Below are positions 42,416 through 53,740 of a stretch of DNA of 64,000 nt, piece by piece (the first letter of the stretch is position 1; the number at the start of each line of letters is the position of its first letter). The DNA is from Trichodesmium erythraeum IMS101 (GTDB taxonomy: Bacteria; Cyanobacteriota; Cyanobacteriia; Cyanobacteriales; Microcoleaceae). Made by a program: the position numbers and the translations under genes. Location: positions 2,936,607 to 3,000,606 of the forward strand of contig NC_008312.1 in NCBI RefSeq assembly GCF_000014265.1. Reading direction: 5' to 3'. A model generated the notes under the pieces. The model was not told where the DNA came from. It searched no databases and saw only the letters and a program-made list of their open reading frames with translations.

Positions 42416-44071
42416 ATGAAGCAACAAGAATCAATAAATAAAGAAGATATCTTTAGCCGAAAATTATCTTTATCCCAGGTTTTAAGTTGTGGAATAATAG
42501 TTATATTATGCATTTTTTGGGAAGTTTCATATTCGGCACTTGCTCACACCCTACTCCAGGAAGACCAAACATTATCAGAAACCTCAACCTTACCAAAACT
42601 AAGAGAATCTTGGTCTAAAGAGCAAGAACCACAACCAACTCTATTAAATCTACCTCCAGAACTAATACTGATTCCTGAAACAGAAACACCTTTAAGTGTT
42701 TCAAAAGAGTACACACTTGGTCCTGGTGATCACGTTCAAATAGATGTTTTTAATATACCAGAATATAGTGGACAAAATGGGCAACATCAAGTACAAATTG
42801 ATGGGACTCTTAATCTACCATTAATAGGTAAGGTTTATGTTCAGGGAAGGACCTTGGAAAAAGCCAAAGGGTTAATTGAAGAAAAATATGGTGAGTATTT
42901 ACAAATACCTATAGTTAACCTTAACTTATTAGCTGCACGTCCATTAAGAATAGCGATCGCTGGAGAAGTTCAATATCCCGGTTCATACACAATTTCGCCT
43001 ATAGTAAGTCTTGGGGGTAGTAGTAAAAGTGGGACTCAAATGCCTACAGTTACTAAAGCATTACAGGTAGCAGGTGGAGTAACAACTTCAGCAGATATTA
43101 GACAAATCAAAATTCGTCGTTTCCAACTCAACGCCCCAGAAGAACTAATCAATATTAATCTATGGGAACTTTTGCAAAGTGGCAACTTAGTTCAAGATAT
43201 TTTTTTGCTGGATGGGGATACCTTATTTGTACCTAGTATTGCAGAAATTAACCCGGTAGAGTTAACTCAACTAGCAAGTGCTAACTTTGCTGGTACTAAT
43301 AATAAACCTCTCAAAATTGCGGTGGTTGGAGAAGTAGCACGCCCTGGCCCATATATACTAGAAACAGATATTGACCAAAGTCAAGTTTTGCCTACAGCAG
43401 AGAAATCAGACTCTAGTGAAGCAGATAGCAATATTTCACTCCGTCAGAATACTAGGCTGCATACTGTGACTAAAGCAATTAAAATGGCGGGGGGTATTAC
43501 TTTAAGTGCAGATATTAAAGAAATTAAGGTGCGCCGACTAACTCGCGCTGGAGAGAAGCAAATTATTAAAGTAAATCTTTGGGAACTGCTGCAAAGTGGT
43601 GATTTAAGTCAAGATATAGTCTTACAGACAGGGGATACAATTTATGTGCCAGTAGCAAATGAAGTTGATTTAGATGAATTAGCTGAAGTTACGACTTCAA
43701 GTTTTTCTCTAGGTCAGCTCAAAATTAATGTTATTGGGGAAGTAGTTAAACCAGGAACAATATTGATAGATCCTAATAGTACACTTAATCAAGCTTTGTT
43801 GGCAGCAGGAGGTTTTAATCCATCAAGGGCAGAAACAAAAGAAATAGAACTTATTCGCCTTAACCCTAATGGTACAGTTACTCGACGAAAAGTGCAAGTA
43901 GATTTTTCGGCAAAAGCTAATGAAGAAACAAATCCAGCTTTATTGCATAATGATGTAATTGTAGTTGGTCGTTCTAGTAGGGCAGCCTTTAGTGATAATA
44001 TAGGAGGTGTTTTAGCTCCTTTTAATCCAATTAATAGAATTTTAGGGATATTTTTTGATATTTTTGATTGA
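42416..44071 (+). CDS. Polysaccharide export outer-membrane protein (Wza/KpsD/GumB family) with duplicated SLBB domains
   Basis: N-terminal Poly_export region PGDHVQIDVFNIPEYSG...GTLNLPLIGKVYVQGRTLEKAKGLIEEKY. Two SLBB repeats: INLWELLQSGNLVQDIFLLDGDTLFVP and VNLWELLQSGDLSQDIVLQTGDTIYVP. Confidence 0.8.
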   Translation: MKQQESINKEDIFSRKLSLSQVLSCGIIVILCIFWEVSYSALAHTLLQEDQTLSETSTLPKLRESWSKEQEPQPTLLNLPPELILIPETETPLSVSKEYTLGPGDHVQIDVFNIPEYSGQNGQHQVQIDGTLNLPLIGKVYVQGRTLEKAKGLIEEKYGEYLQIPIVNLNLLAARPLRIAIAGEVQYPGSYTISPIVSLGGSSKSGTQMPTVTKALQVAGGVTTSADIRQIKIRRFQLNAPEELININLWELLQSGNLVQDIFLLDGDTLFVPSIAEINPVELTQLASANFAGTNNKPLKIAVVGEVARPGPYILETDIDQSQVLPTAEKSDSSEADSNISLRQNTRLHTVTKAIKMAGGITLSADIKEIKVRRLTRAGEKQIIKVNLWELLQSGDLSQDIVLQTGDTIYVPVANEVDLDELAEVTTSSFSLGQLKINVIGEVVKPGTILIDPNSTLNQALLAAGGFNPSRAETKEIELIRLNPNGTVTRRKVQVDFSAKANEETNPALLHNDVIVVGRSSRAAFSDNIGGVLAPFNPINRILGIFFDIFD

Positions 44072-44907
44072 TTTAGTAGATAGAGAATATAGAAGGAATA
44101 GAAAGGATAAATTATTATAAACTATTAGAAGTTATTATTAAATTTACCTCACAATCATCAAAAATAATATAAGGTTTTTAATAAAAAAATTTAGGTGGAA
44201 AAAATTATTTGTATTGGTTTATTTATTGCCAAAATTTAAATCTATTTTTAGTTATCATTTAAGCTTTGCCTTGAGCAATAGTTTACTATGAGTAAAATTA
44301 ATTTTAATAGATAATTATAGTAGTTCTCACTTAAGTAGTCCATAATAGGGATGTTCTAAGGAAAGTACCTATAAGGGTTTTTTATTTTTAGGAGTGTGTT
44401 CCAAATTTGTTCTTAAGTGCTATTAATTTAAGGCTCAATAGGCTGCTAGTATTAAATTACATTAATTAACTATAATTCAGTAACTATTTATATTACTTTA
44501 GACTACTAATAAAGAAGGTGATACCTTAAATAAAATAAGTTTTATGAAGAAGATTATTGTGGCACTATTCAATAAAATTTTAAGTTATACACGGAAAAAA
44601 AATTGTTTGGCAAGGAAAATAAAATTGATAAAAAGCTATAATATTGTATGATTAATTAACAATAATAAAAATGCTTTTATGTTTCCAATTTCTCCTATTT
44701 CCTGATTTTTTCCCTCAGCGAGTATTCAAAAAGATATGATATTAAGGTTAAGGTTAAGGTTAAAGTTAAATGATAAACTTTTCAATAATTTTTAGTTTTG
44801 AGAAATTTATCAATTGCTTTTTCCTCCTTTAAAGGTAATAAAACTGATGCTGACTGCTGAAAACTTAGGCAATAACTGAATTTTTACTTTTAACTTTAAC
44901 TATAGAT

Positions 44908-47313
44908 ATGGAACAAAAAAAAACTTCTTGGTTATCTCTGTATAATAATCGGGATAAACCCTTGGATTCATCCCTAAGTTCTATTCCTTACTCTTTACTT
45001 CCTAACCATATATATGAAGCTAAGTTTCATGGATCGGAAGAAAAACTATCTGAAAAAGAAAATAAGATTTGGAAATTAATATGTCATTGTTTTTTCTTGA
45101 TTTTTAGTGTGACAACTACTACGACAACTGGAGCATATTTCTGGAGTTTGAATCAGATTCCTATATATCAAGGAAAATTTCAAATATTGGTTGAAGGAGT
45201 TATGGTTAAGAATTCAGCTAATCATCAATTGACTATGGATAAAAAAATATTCGGCACAAATTTTGGAGAAGATTGGGAAAAACAGGCAACAAAAATTATG
45301 GATGGTCAAGATGAAGATATAATGACTTCATATTCACATCAAAATATTATAAAAAATCCAGAGTTAAATAACTATAGCTTAGATTATAAATCACAAATTC
45401 AAGTGCTAAAAAGTCCGCATATTATGGAGTCAATAATTGCGGAAATTCAAAGGGAGTATCCAGAAATTAATTATAATTTTTTATTTAATAAGCCAAAAAA
45501 TGTTTTTTTTACTCGGGAAAAAATTAGAATTCAAAGGTTAGGTGATACGAAAATTTTAGAAGTTAGCTATAATGACTCAGACAAAAATAAAATAAAGTTT
45601 GTATTAGATAAACTGGCGGAAGCTTATATTAAATATGGTCGTGAATATAGTCAAAATAATACTGGTGAAGGGTTAAAGTTTGTTGAGGAACAAATTCCTA
45701 AATATCAGCAAAAAATTAAAAAATTGCGACAGGAATTACAGGAGTTACAACAAGAGTATCTCTTTATTAATCCAGAAATTAAAAGTCAAGAAATAGCAGC
45801 AGAAAGGAATCAAATTAAATCTCAAAAAATAGAAAATAAAATATTGCTTGGCCAACAGCGATCGCTCTATACTATGTTGCAAGGTCAGTTGGGAATTAAT
45901 CCTGAAGAAGCCTTGATAGCTTCAGCTTTAAGTCAAGCACAAAGATATCAATCATTATTAAGTAAATTGCAAAAACTGGAAATAACAATTGCTATGGAGT
46001 CAGCTCGCTTTAAAGAGAAAGCACCTCAAATGCAAGTTTTATATAAAGAGCGAGAAAATTTACTTCCTTTGTTAAATGAAGAGGCCGAAAAAGTTATTGG
46101 CAGAGATATAGAACAAGTAAATAAAAATGCTTTAGCTTTTCAAGACTCTATTCGCCTAGAATTAATTCATAAAATGATATTAGCTGCAAATCAAATAGAG
46201 GTGATTGCAGTTAGAATTAAAGTCTTGGATGAGGCTGAAGCTAAATTAAATGAATACCAAGAAAAAATGCCAGAATTAGTAAGGCGCTACAGGGAAATTC
46301 AGGAAGAATTAGCAATATTAAATAAAAGGATTAAAAATTTATTAGAAAAACAACAAATATTACAAATAGAAGTAGCTAATACAAAATTACCTTGGGAATT
46401 AATTGCTCCACCAGAATTGCTAAAAACTCAAAAAGGTGAGTTAGTAATAGTCTCTCCCAATATATTATTAAATATGGCTATGGGATTTTTAATAGGGTTA
46501 GTGCTGGGAATATTATTAGCTCTGTTGGGAGAGAAATTTAAGCAAGATGTTTTTGAGACACCAAAAGAAGTAAAAAAGTCTCTTGGTTTGCCTTTGTTGG
46601 GGGTCATTCCTATACATGAACAAAGAATGTGGATAAATGAAGAATTGAAAGAAAAGAAAAGTTCATCTTTGGTTTTATATCCCTCAGTTTTTCAAGAAGC
46701 TTTTCGGACTTTAAATACTAATATTCGTCTACTAAATATCGAAAACCCGATTAATTCTCTTGTAATTAGTTCTGCTTTACCAGGGGATGGTAAATCTACA
46801 GTAGCGGGTCATTTAGCTAGTGCTGCTGCTGCTATGGGTCAACGAGTGTTATTAATAGATGCTGATGTACGTTGTCCACAAATTCATAATATGATGGGAT
46901 TTTCAAACCAGGAGGGTTTAAGTAGTGTAATTACTGATGGTCTACTAATAGAAGCAGCAATTCAGCGATCGCCTGTGGATGAAAATCTGTTTGTTTTAAC
47001 TTCTGGACCTATTCCATCTGACCCAACAAAAATTTTGTCCTCAAGGCGAATGTCACAATTGATTCAAGAGTCAGTAAATACTTTTGATTTAGTGATTTGT
47101 GATACTGCTCCATTATTGGGAAGAGCGGATGCTAATATATTGGCAGCTTGTACTAATGGATTACTGTTAGTAGTGGGATTGGGCAAAACTGAGCGAGAGG
47201 CTTTAAGTTTAGCTCTGGATGATTTGAGTATAGCAGGTGTGCCGATGTTGGGAATTGTGGGTAATGGCGATCGAGCTGATTCTTATTATCAGCGATATTA
47301 TGATTATGACTAA
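44908..47313 (+). CDS. Wzc/GumC-like polysaccharide co-polymerase with C-terminal BY-kinase (CpsD/CapB) domain
   Basis: Two TM segments flank a large coiled-coil periplasmic domain. Walker A is SSALPGDGKSTVAGHLASAAA, with a DxD/Walker B (LLIDADVR) and a C-terminal Tyr cluster DSYYQRYYDYD. Confidence 0.8.
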   Translation: MEQKKTSWLSLYNNRDKPLDSSLSSIPYSLLPNHIYEAKFHGSEEKLSEKENKIWKLICHCFFLIFSVTTTTTTGAYFWSLNQIPIYQGKFQILVEGVMVKNSANHQLTMDKKIFGTNFGEDWEKQATKIMDGQDEDIMTSYSHQNIIKNPELNNYSLDYKSQIQVLKSPHIMESIIAEIQREYPEINYNFLFNKPKNVFFTREKIRIQRLGDTKILEVSYNDSDKNKIKFVLDKLAEAYIKYGREYSQNNTGEGLKFVEEQIPKYQQKIKKLRQELQELQQEYLFINPEIKSQEIAAERNQIKSQKIENKILLGQQRSLYTMLQGQLGINPEEALIASALSQAQRYQSLLSKLQKLEITIAMESARFKEKAPQMQVLYKERENLLPLLNEEAEKVIGRDIEQVNKNALAFQDSIRLELIHKMILAANQIEVIAVRIKVLDEAEAKLNEYQEKMPELVRRYREIQEELAILNKRIKNLLEKQQILQIEVANTKLPWELIAPPELLKTQKGELVIVSPNILLNMAMGFLIGLVLGILLALLGEKFKQDVFETPKEVKKSLGLPLLGVIPIHEQRMWINEELKEKKSSSLVLYPSVFQEAFRTLNTNIRLLNIENPINSLVISSALPGDGKSTVAGHLASAAAAMGQRVLLIDADVRCPQIHNMMGFSNQEGLSSVITDGLLIEAAIQRSPVDENLFVLTSGPIPSDPTKILSSRRMSQLIQESVNTFDLVICDTAPLLGRADANILAACTNGLLLVVGLGKTEREALSLALDDLSIAGVPMLGIVGNGDRADSYYQRYYDYD

Positions 47314-47776
47314 ATTTATCCTCAATATGAAGAAATTAGGTGAGCTACCCGGTTTTGAACTTATGGGTGGTTATAATGATGGGCTATGGCTTCATTGGGG
47401 AGCTACTTACTCAAAGATCGATTACTCAATTGAGTATCAATAACTCCAAAACTAATGTAAGTTTTAGTTTCTGTAAATTGAGCACGAAGCTTTTATCCTT
47501 TAATACTAAATCCCACGATAGTTTGCAGGTATTTGTCAGGCCTAAGGGTTCCAAACAAGCATTGCCTTTCTATCCCGAATAGTTGGGAATATTTCTGGAA
47601 AAATTGAAGTTGAGAAAAGGCAACAAGTTAAACTACATTAATAGGTCAGTGGACAAAAAATTAAAGTTCTTGTGAAAAAAAACATGATAACTTTATGGGA
47701 AAGATATGTTGATCTTCATAAGTATTGAATTATGACTTATGAGAGAGTAATTTTGTGTTTTTGAGGAGAATAAAAA

Positions 47777-49144
47777 ATGCAGATCGCTACAGTTAATCCA
47801 GCAACAGGAGAAGTCCTGAAAACTTTTGAACAAATTACAGATACACAAATAGAGGCTAAACTAGAGTTAGCAGAAAAAACTTTTCGTGCCTATTGTCAAA
47901 CTTCTATAACTCAACGTGGAGAATGGTTGTTAGCAGCAGCAGACATTTTAGAAAAAAATGCTGAGAAATTTGGTAAGATAATGACTCTAGAGATGGGTAA
48001 AACTATAAGTGGAGCGATCGCCGAAGCTAAAAAATGTGCTCTAGTCTGTCGTTACTATGCAGAAAAGGCTACTGAGTTTCTGGCTGATGTTCCTGCACAA
48101 ACTGATGCTAGTAAATCATTTGTTCGTTATCAACCAATTGGTCCAGTGCTAGCGGTTATGCCCTGGAATTTTCCTTTTTGGCAGGTTTTCCGTTTTGCAG
48201 CACCAGCTTTAATGGCAGGAAATGTGGGTTTATTGAAACACGCTTCTAATGTTCCTCAATGTGCTTTGGCTATTGAGGAAATTTTTCAAGAAGCAGGTTT
48301 CCCAGAAGGTGTATTTCAAACTCTTTTGATCAGCTCAGATAAAGTGTCTGGTATTATGATGGATGACCGGGTCAAAGCAGGAACTTTAACTGGCAGTGAA
48401 CCTGCGGGTGCAAGTTTAGCGGCAACAGCAGGTAGAGCTATTAAAAAAACGGTCTTGGAACTTGGGGGTAGTGACCCTTTTATAGTATTAGAAAGTGCTG
48501 ATTTAGAAACAGCAGTTACAACAGCAGTTACAGCTAGGATGCTAAATAATGGTCAATCTTGTATTGCAGCTAAACGTTTTATTTTGGCAGATGCGATCGC
48601 TGATCAATTTCAAGAGGGTTTGGTAGAAAAATTTGAGGCTTTAAAAGTAGGAGACCCTATGTTGCCAGATACTAATATTGGTCCTTTGGCAACTCCATCT
48701 ATTCTTGAAGAGTTAAATGCTCAAGTGGAAGCTTCTGTGGAGAAAGGAGCGAAAATTCTCACAGGTGGTCATCTTTTATCTGACCTTCCTGGAAATTTTT
48801 ACCCTCCGACAATTTTAGCTGAGATACCAATAAGTTCTCCTGCTTATCAGGAAGAATTTTTTGGTCCGGTAGCTTTAGTCTTTCGCGTTGCTAATATTGA
48901 TGAAGCAATAAATTTGGCAAATAATACACCTTTTGGTTTAGGTGCAAGTGCATGGACTAAAGATACGGGAGAGACGGAAAGATTAATCTCAGAATTAGAG
49001 GCTGGTGCTGTTTTTATCAACGGTTTAGTTAAGTCTGATCCACGTCTGCCTTTTGGTGGAATTAAACGTTCTGGTTATGGTCGGGAACTGAGCAGGGAAG
49101 GAATTTTGGAATTTGTCAATATTAAGACTGTTTGGGTTAAATAA
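47777..49144 (+). CDS. NAD(P)+-dependent aldehyde dehydrogenase (succinate-semialdehyde dehydrogenase-like)
   Basis: ALDH family: catalytic Cys in [10 protein letters not shown], Glu in LELGGSDP, and a GxxxxG NAD-binding region; 455 aa. Confidence 0.9.
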   Translation: MQIATVNPATGEVLKTFEQITDTQIEAKLELAEKTFRAYCQTSITQRGEWLLAAADILEKNAEKFGKIMTLEMGKTISGAIAEAKKCALVCRYYAEKATEFLADVPAQTDASKSFVRYQPIGPVLAVMPWNFPFWQVFRFAAPALMAGNVGLLKHASNVPQCALAIEEIFQEAGFPEGVFQTLLISSDKVSGIMMDDRVKAGTLTGSEPAGASLAATAGRAIKKTVLELGGSDPFIVLESADLETAVTTAVTARMLNNGQSCIAAKRFILADAIADQFQEGLVEKFEALKVGDPMLPDTNIGPLATPSILEELNAQVEASVEKGAKILTGGHLLSDLPGNFYPPTILAEIPISSPAYQEEFFGPVALVFRVANIDEAINLANNTPFGLGASAWTKDTGETERLISELEAGAVFINGLVKSDPRLPFGGIKRSGYGRELSREGILEFVNIKTVWVK

Positions 49145-49292
49145 TTATTTTCGACATGATAGGGTATTTAATATTAATTCGGTTTTGATGCTTTATTTAT
49201 ACCAATGCTAACTGATTTAATATAAGGGTCTCATTCACGGGTGGGAGTAGGATGCTCCCACTAACCAACAAAAACAATTATCCAAACATGGT

Positions 49293-50362
49293 TTAGCTCT
49301 CACTTTCAGCAATGAGAAAATCTTCTGGGGTTAGTAAACTAGAGGCTACCCCTGAAACAAGGGCTAAACGTTGGCTGCCAGAATTAATCACTGTATTACC
49401 TGATTCTTCGGTTAGAGTCAAATTCTCAAAAGCAATACCCCCATTAAGCTGCAATAAATCAATACCATCCTCAAAGTCCTGAATAATATTGCTACCGTTG
49501 TCTGGAGCTAACACAAAGCGATCGCTACCCTGACCACCACTAAATGAGTCATTACCCTTGTTGCCTAAGAGGTTATTCTTACTTATACCTCCGAAAACAC
49601 GGTTGGCATCTTTCCGCAAAGTAAATCTACTCCAACATCACCTGACAAAATATTGCTAAAATTAGTACCCATAATAACTTGAGCTACTTCTGGTTACTAT
49701 TCTGGAGACTTTTGTGGATTTTTGGGGTCGATAATTAGCTATTCTCCTGCTTTATCTTCTGGAGTTGAGTTACCTCCATCAAATTCGCAAGTCTTTGTTA
49801 ATTCATTCTCATCAGGTTTCTTTATCTGGGTAGTCTCATCATCATCTTCATCGTCTTTGATATTAAGGTTACAGTTTTTTTGATTCTGATTGATTCAATA
49901 TAAACTGTCAAACAATTGATTTTCGGGGATAATGTGCCCATCGCATTTTGCCCCACAACTGATCGCCCCGCAATAGGCCCTGTCTCAACTTCCAAATTCC
50001 AATCACTCCTAAGGACACTATTCCCCGTCAAATCATTAGAGGCAGCCACATCACGTCCAATTAACCGACTCAAGTCCTCCACAAAAGACCTATGATTTTC
50101 AGCGCATTACATTTATACAATAGAATATCCCCACCATCAACTATAGCTTGGCCCCAGATATCTAAATGGACAATATAATCCTGCAAATTGCCATTATCCA
50201 ACTGACTATTACTCGAATGCAACACCCCTTCAGACCCGTGGGATAATATTTGGGTATTTTGAGGTTCTGCCGTTTGGCTAAAACATTAATAATGACCTCC
50301 ATACCATCCTGATGGCCATTAATCAGAATAATTTCAGTACTATTACGGTCTATTTCCTCCAT
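49293..50362 (-). pseudogene. Decayed gene for an RTX-type calcium-binding protein (three ORF fragments in different frames)
   Basis: Fragment 49293..49619 carries the hemolysin-type Ca-binding C-terminal repeats GNDSFSGGQGSDRFVLAPDNGSNIIQDFEDGIDLLQL. Adjacent fragments 49822..50082 and 50162..50362 are in other frames on the same strand. Confidence 0.55.
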
Positions 50363-50880
50363 TAAATGTTGGTAGTTAGAAATGCTGGTCTCGAGAAAAT
50401 TAGGGAATTAGATTGGTTATGCATTACAAAACTCGGTAAGTTTTATATTTTCAATGTCAATTAAAACCCTATAAATTAAGCACTTATAATCATTAAAAAA
50501 AAATAACATTTCTAGGGATTGTAAAGTACAATTTATATTTCTTAATCCTTAGGGAAAACCCATTAGTCAAGAATCACGTTTACTACCTGGTACTTTAAGA
50601 AAAAATAGGTTAAAAATAAGGTAAATAATAAAGCTTTGTTGCACTATGGATGCCCATAGTGTAAAAATGATAGTACAATATTAAGCCGAATGATTCAAAT
50701 AGGTAAACCTAAGAATTATATGGGTTAAAATCTAGTTACTTTTTGGGGGAGTGGTTTGCCTTAGGGAGTTTGTGCGGCAGCTATATCGCCACCTTCACAC
50801 AACAAAGTCGTAAATAAGGTAAAGCTGTCAATAAGGTAAATAAGGTAAAAATTTTTAACAGTAATGTTTTTACGTTAAAA

Positions 50881-51025
50881 TTTACCTCTGGTAAAATATA
50901 TTTTTAAAATTTACCTCTGGTAAAATATATTTTTAAAATTTACCTCTGGTAAAATATATTTTTAAAATTTACCTCTGGTAAAATATATTTTTAAAATTTA
51001 CCTCTGGTAAAATATATTTTTTATT
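50881..51025. promoter_or_regulatory. Tandem array of 5 copies of a 29-bp unit, each containing the palindrome TTTACCtctGGTAAA
   Basis: TTTACC starts at 50881, 50910, 50939, 50968 and 50997: a perfect 29-bp period, about 290-340 bp upstream of the acetolactate-synthase-like gene. It looks like an operator array. Confidence 0.4.
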
Positions 51026-51361
51026 AGCGATTTTTAGTACCCTTGGTATTTCCCTTGCTAATACTGGGTTTAGAACCATTTTCGGTGTGAAAAATCTCAA
51101 AGTCCAGCTATTGACTAAAGTTTCTCAAAAAAAAGAAGTAAAAAGAAACTTTCAAAGTTCACCTATAGTCTGTTAATGATTTAGGATTACTGTATATCCT
51201 GTTGTTAAATTTTACAGAACTTACGTATGGCCTCTATATATAATGTATTTTTGATAATTCTTTCAGATGTTTAAACTGCAATTAGTGTTTTTGCGTAAGT
51301 CCTGATTTTTATAATGTTGATTAAGTTTTTAAATACCTTTTATGAGAGGAGAACAATAAAA

Positions 51362-52999
51362 ATGAACACTGCAGAATTATTAATCAAATGCCTCGAAAAC
51401 GAAGGGGTAAAATATATATTTGGACTTCCTGGAGAAGAGAATTTGAACATTTTAGAAGCTCTGAAAAATTCTTCAATCCAATTTATTACTACCCGACATG
51501 AACAAGGTGCTGCTTTTATGGCAGATGTCTACGGTCGTCTAACAGGAAAAGCAGGAGTTTGTTTATCAACATTAGGTCCTGGTGCTACTAATTTAATGAC
51601 TGGTGTTGCTGATGCTAATTTGGACGGCGCACCTTTAGTAGCAATTACAGGTCAAGTTGGTACTGATAGAATGCACATAGAATCTCACCAATATTTAGAT
51701 TTGGTGGCTATGTTTTCTCCAGTAACTAAATGGAATGCTCAAATTCTTCGCCCTAGTAATACACCAGAAATTGTTCGCAAAGCATTTAAAGTAGCTCAAC
51801 AAGAAAAACCTGGTGCGATTCATATCGACCTACCAGAAAACATTGCAGCGATGTCTGTAGAAGGGAAACCCTTGAAGCAGGACAAGCGGGAAAAATCTTA
51901 TTCTGCTTATCAGAGTATGACCGAAGCAGCAGTGGCAATTTCTAAAGCCAAAAACCCGATGATTTTGGTAGGAAATGGAGCTCTTCGAGGGAATGCAAGT
52001 GAAATTGTAACGGAGTTTGCTACACGATTAAATATTCCTGTTGCTAATACTTTTATGGGTAAAGGGGTGATTCCTTATACTCATCCTCTGTCTTTATGGA
52101 CAACAGGATTACAACAACGGGATTTTATTACTTGTGCTTTTGAGCAAACAGATTTGGTGATTGCAGTTGGTTACGACTTGATTGAATATTCACCAAAAAA
52201 ATGGAATCCTCAAGGTAAAATTCCAGTTATTCATGTTGGGGCAAAATATGCAGAGATTGACAGTAGTTATATTCCTATCGCTGAAATAGTAGGAGATATT
52301 TCTGATTCTTTGAATGAAATTTTGCGACGCTCCGAGCGCATAAATCAATTAAGCCCAACTGTATCAGAGATTAGAAAAAGTATGCGCTATGAATATGAGG
52401 GACATGGCAAGGATGATGGGTTTCCAATTAAGCCTCAAAAACTAATTTATGATTTACGTCAGGTTATGGGTCCGGAGGATATTGTCATCTCTGATGTTGG
52501 TGCCCATAAAATGTGGATTGCTAGGCATTATCATTGTGAACGTCCTAATACTTGTTTGATTTCTAACGGATTTGCGGCGATGGGTATTGCGATTCCAGGA
52601 GCGATCGCGGCGAAGTTAGTTTATCCTGAGCGTAAGGTTGTGGCAGCTACGGGGGATGGTGGGTTTATGATGAATTGTCAAGAGTTGGAAACTGCTTTAC
52701 GAGTGGGTACTAATTTTGTGACTTTGATTTTTAATGATGGTGGTTATGGTTTGATTGAGTGGAAACAGGAAAACCATTTTGGGGAGTCATCTTTTATTAA
52801 GTTCGGCAATCCAGATTTTGTTAAGTTTGCTGAAAGTTTTGGTTTGAAAGGTTATCGAGTTGAGTCTGCTGCTGATTTAATTCCTACTCTGAAAGAGGCT
52901 CTTGCTCAAGATGTTCCTGCTGTGATAGACTGCCCTATTGATTACCGAGAAAATTCTCGTTTTAGTCAAAAATCAGGTGGTTTAAATTGTTCTGTTTAG
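51362..52999 (+). CDS. Thiamine-pyrophosphate-dependent acetolactate synthase-like enzyme (IlvB/AlsS family)
   Basis: N-terminal TPP-PYR domain LLIKCLENEGVKYIFGLPGEENL, a central domain, and a C-terminal TPP-binding motif GDGGFMMNCQELETALR...NDGGYGLI. Probable start at 51362 (MNTAELL). Confidence 0.85.
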   Translation: MNTAELLIKCLENEGVKYIFGLPGEENLNILEALKNSSIQFITTRHEQGAAFMADVYGRLTGKAGVCLSTLGPGATNLMTGVADANLDGAPLVAITGQVGTDRMHIESHQYLDLVAMFSPVTKWNAQILRPSNTPEIVRKAFKVAQQEKPGAIHIDLPENIAAMSVEGKPLKQDKREKSYSAYQSMTEAAVAISKAKNPMILVGNGALRGNASEIVTEFATRLNIPVANTFMGKGVIPYTHPLSLWTTGLQQRDFITCAFEQTDLVIAVGYDLIEYSPKKWNPQGKIPVIHVGAKYAEIDSSYIPIAEIVGDISDSLNEILRRSERINQLSPTVSEIRKSMRYEYEGHGKDDGFPIKPQKLIYDLRQVMGPEDIVISDVGAHKMWIARHYHCERPNTCLISNGFAAMGIAIPGAIAAKLVYPERKVVAATGDGGFMMNCQELETALRVGTNFVTLIFNDGGYGLIEWKQENHFGESSFIKFGNPDFVKFAESFGLKGYRVESAADLIPTLKEALAQDVPAVIDCPIDYRENSRFSQKSGGLNCSV

Positions 53000-53489
53000 G
53001 CTTTGCTGAAAAACTTTTTGGTGAAGGGAAGCAATTGTTGACTTGACAAAAGCTTTTTGAGGTTTAACAGCAGTAAAATTTTTACGAGTTCTAGTTTCCT
53101 GAGGTACATCCAAAACTTAACTCAATCAGGACTTACGCAGTGCTGCTTGGTATGGTGTGTTTTTGATAAAAATTTCATATATTTACACTATAATTAATGC
53201 CTTTTCGTAAGTCCTTTCAATATAAAGTTTATAGGTTCAAGTTTATAGGTTATGTCACGTACCTCACTAGCTTAAAAAGCTATATATTAGTCAGTTTGAT
53301 ATAATTTTAAACGATAACCTGTATCTTACCTCTCAATATCTTCTAACACATCCTGAAATGGATTAGAAATGAAAAGGTTATCCATTCGGAAATCTTTAGC
53401 TTTTCCTTCTGCTTGCATCTGCCTGAGAATTGCTGCAGTTGCATTTACTGCTGACTGCATTGCACTTTCAATACAGCCTCCAGCAAAAG

Positions 53490-53740
53490 AGCAATTATTT
53501 CCAGCTAGATATACTCATTTGTTGAGTTGCTGGTATTGCTATACCAACTTACTTGTGGCATAGTATTGCTTGAGATAATCTATCTTAAAAACTCCAGAAA
53601 TCATTGGCTATTATTTCCAGCTAGATATACTCATTTGTTGATTTGTTGAGTTGCTGGTATTGCTATACCAACTGATTTGTGACATAGTATTGCTTGAGAT
53701 AATCTATCTTAAAAACTCCAGAAATCATTGGCTATTCTTG
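53490..53740. repeat. Direct duplication (2 copies of about 105 bp)
   Basis: ttatttccagctagatatactcatttgttg...gagttgctggtattgctataccaact(t/g)a(c/t)ttgtg(g/a)catagtattgcttgagataatctatcttaaaaactccagaaatcattggctatt appears twice. Confidence 0.8.

Noticed and set aside
47237-47582. Small plus-strand ORFs after wzc (47237..47443, 47340..47582)
   Set aside because: No motifs; they overlap the wzc 3' end and each other. Probably non-coding.
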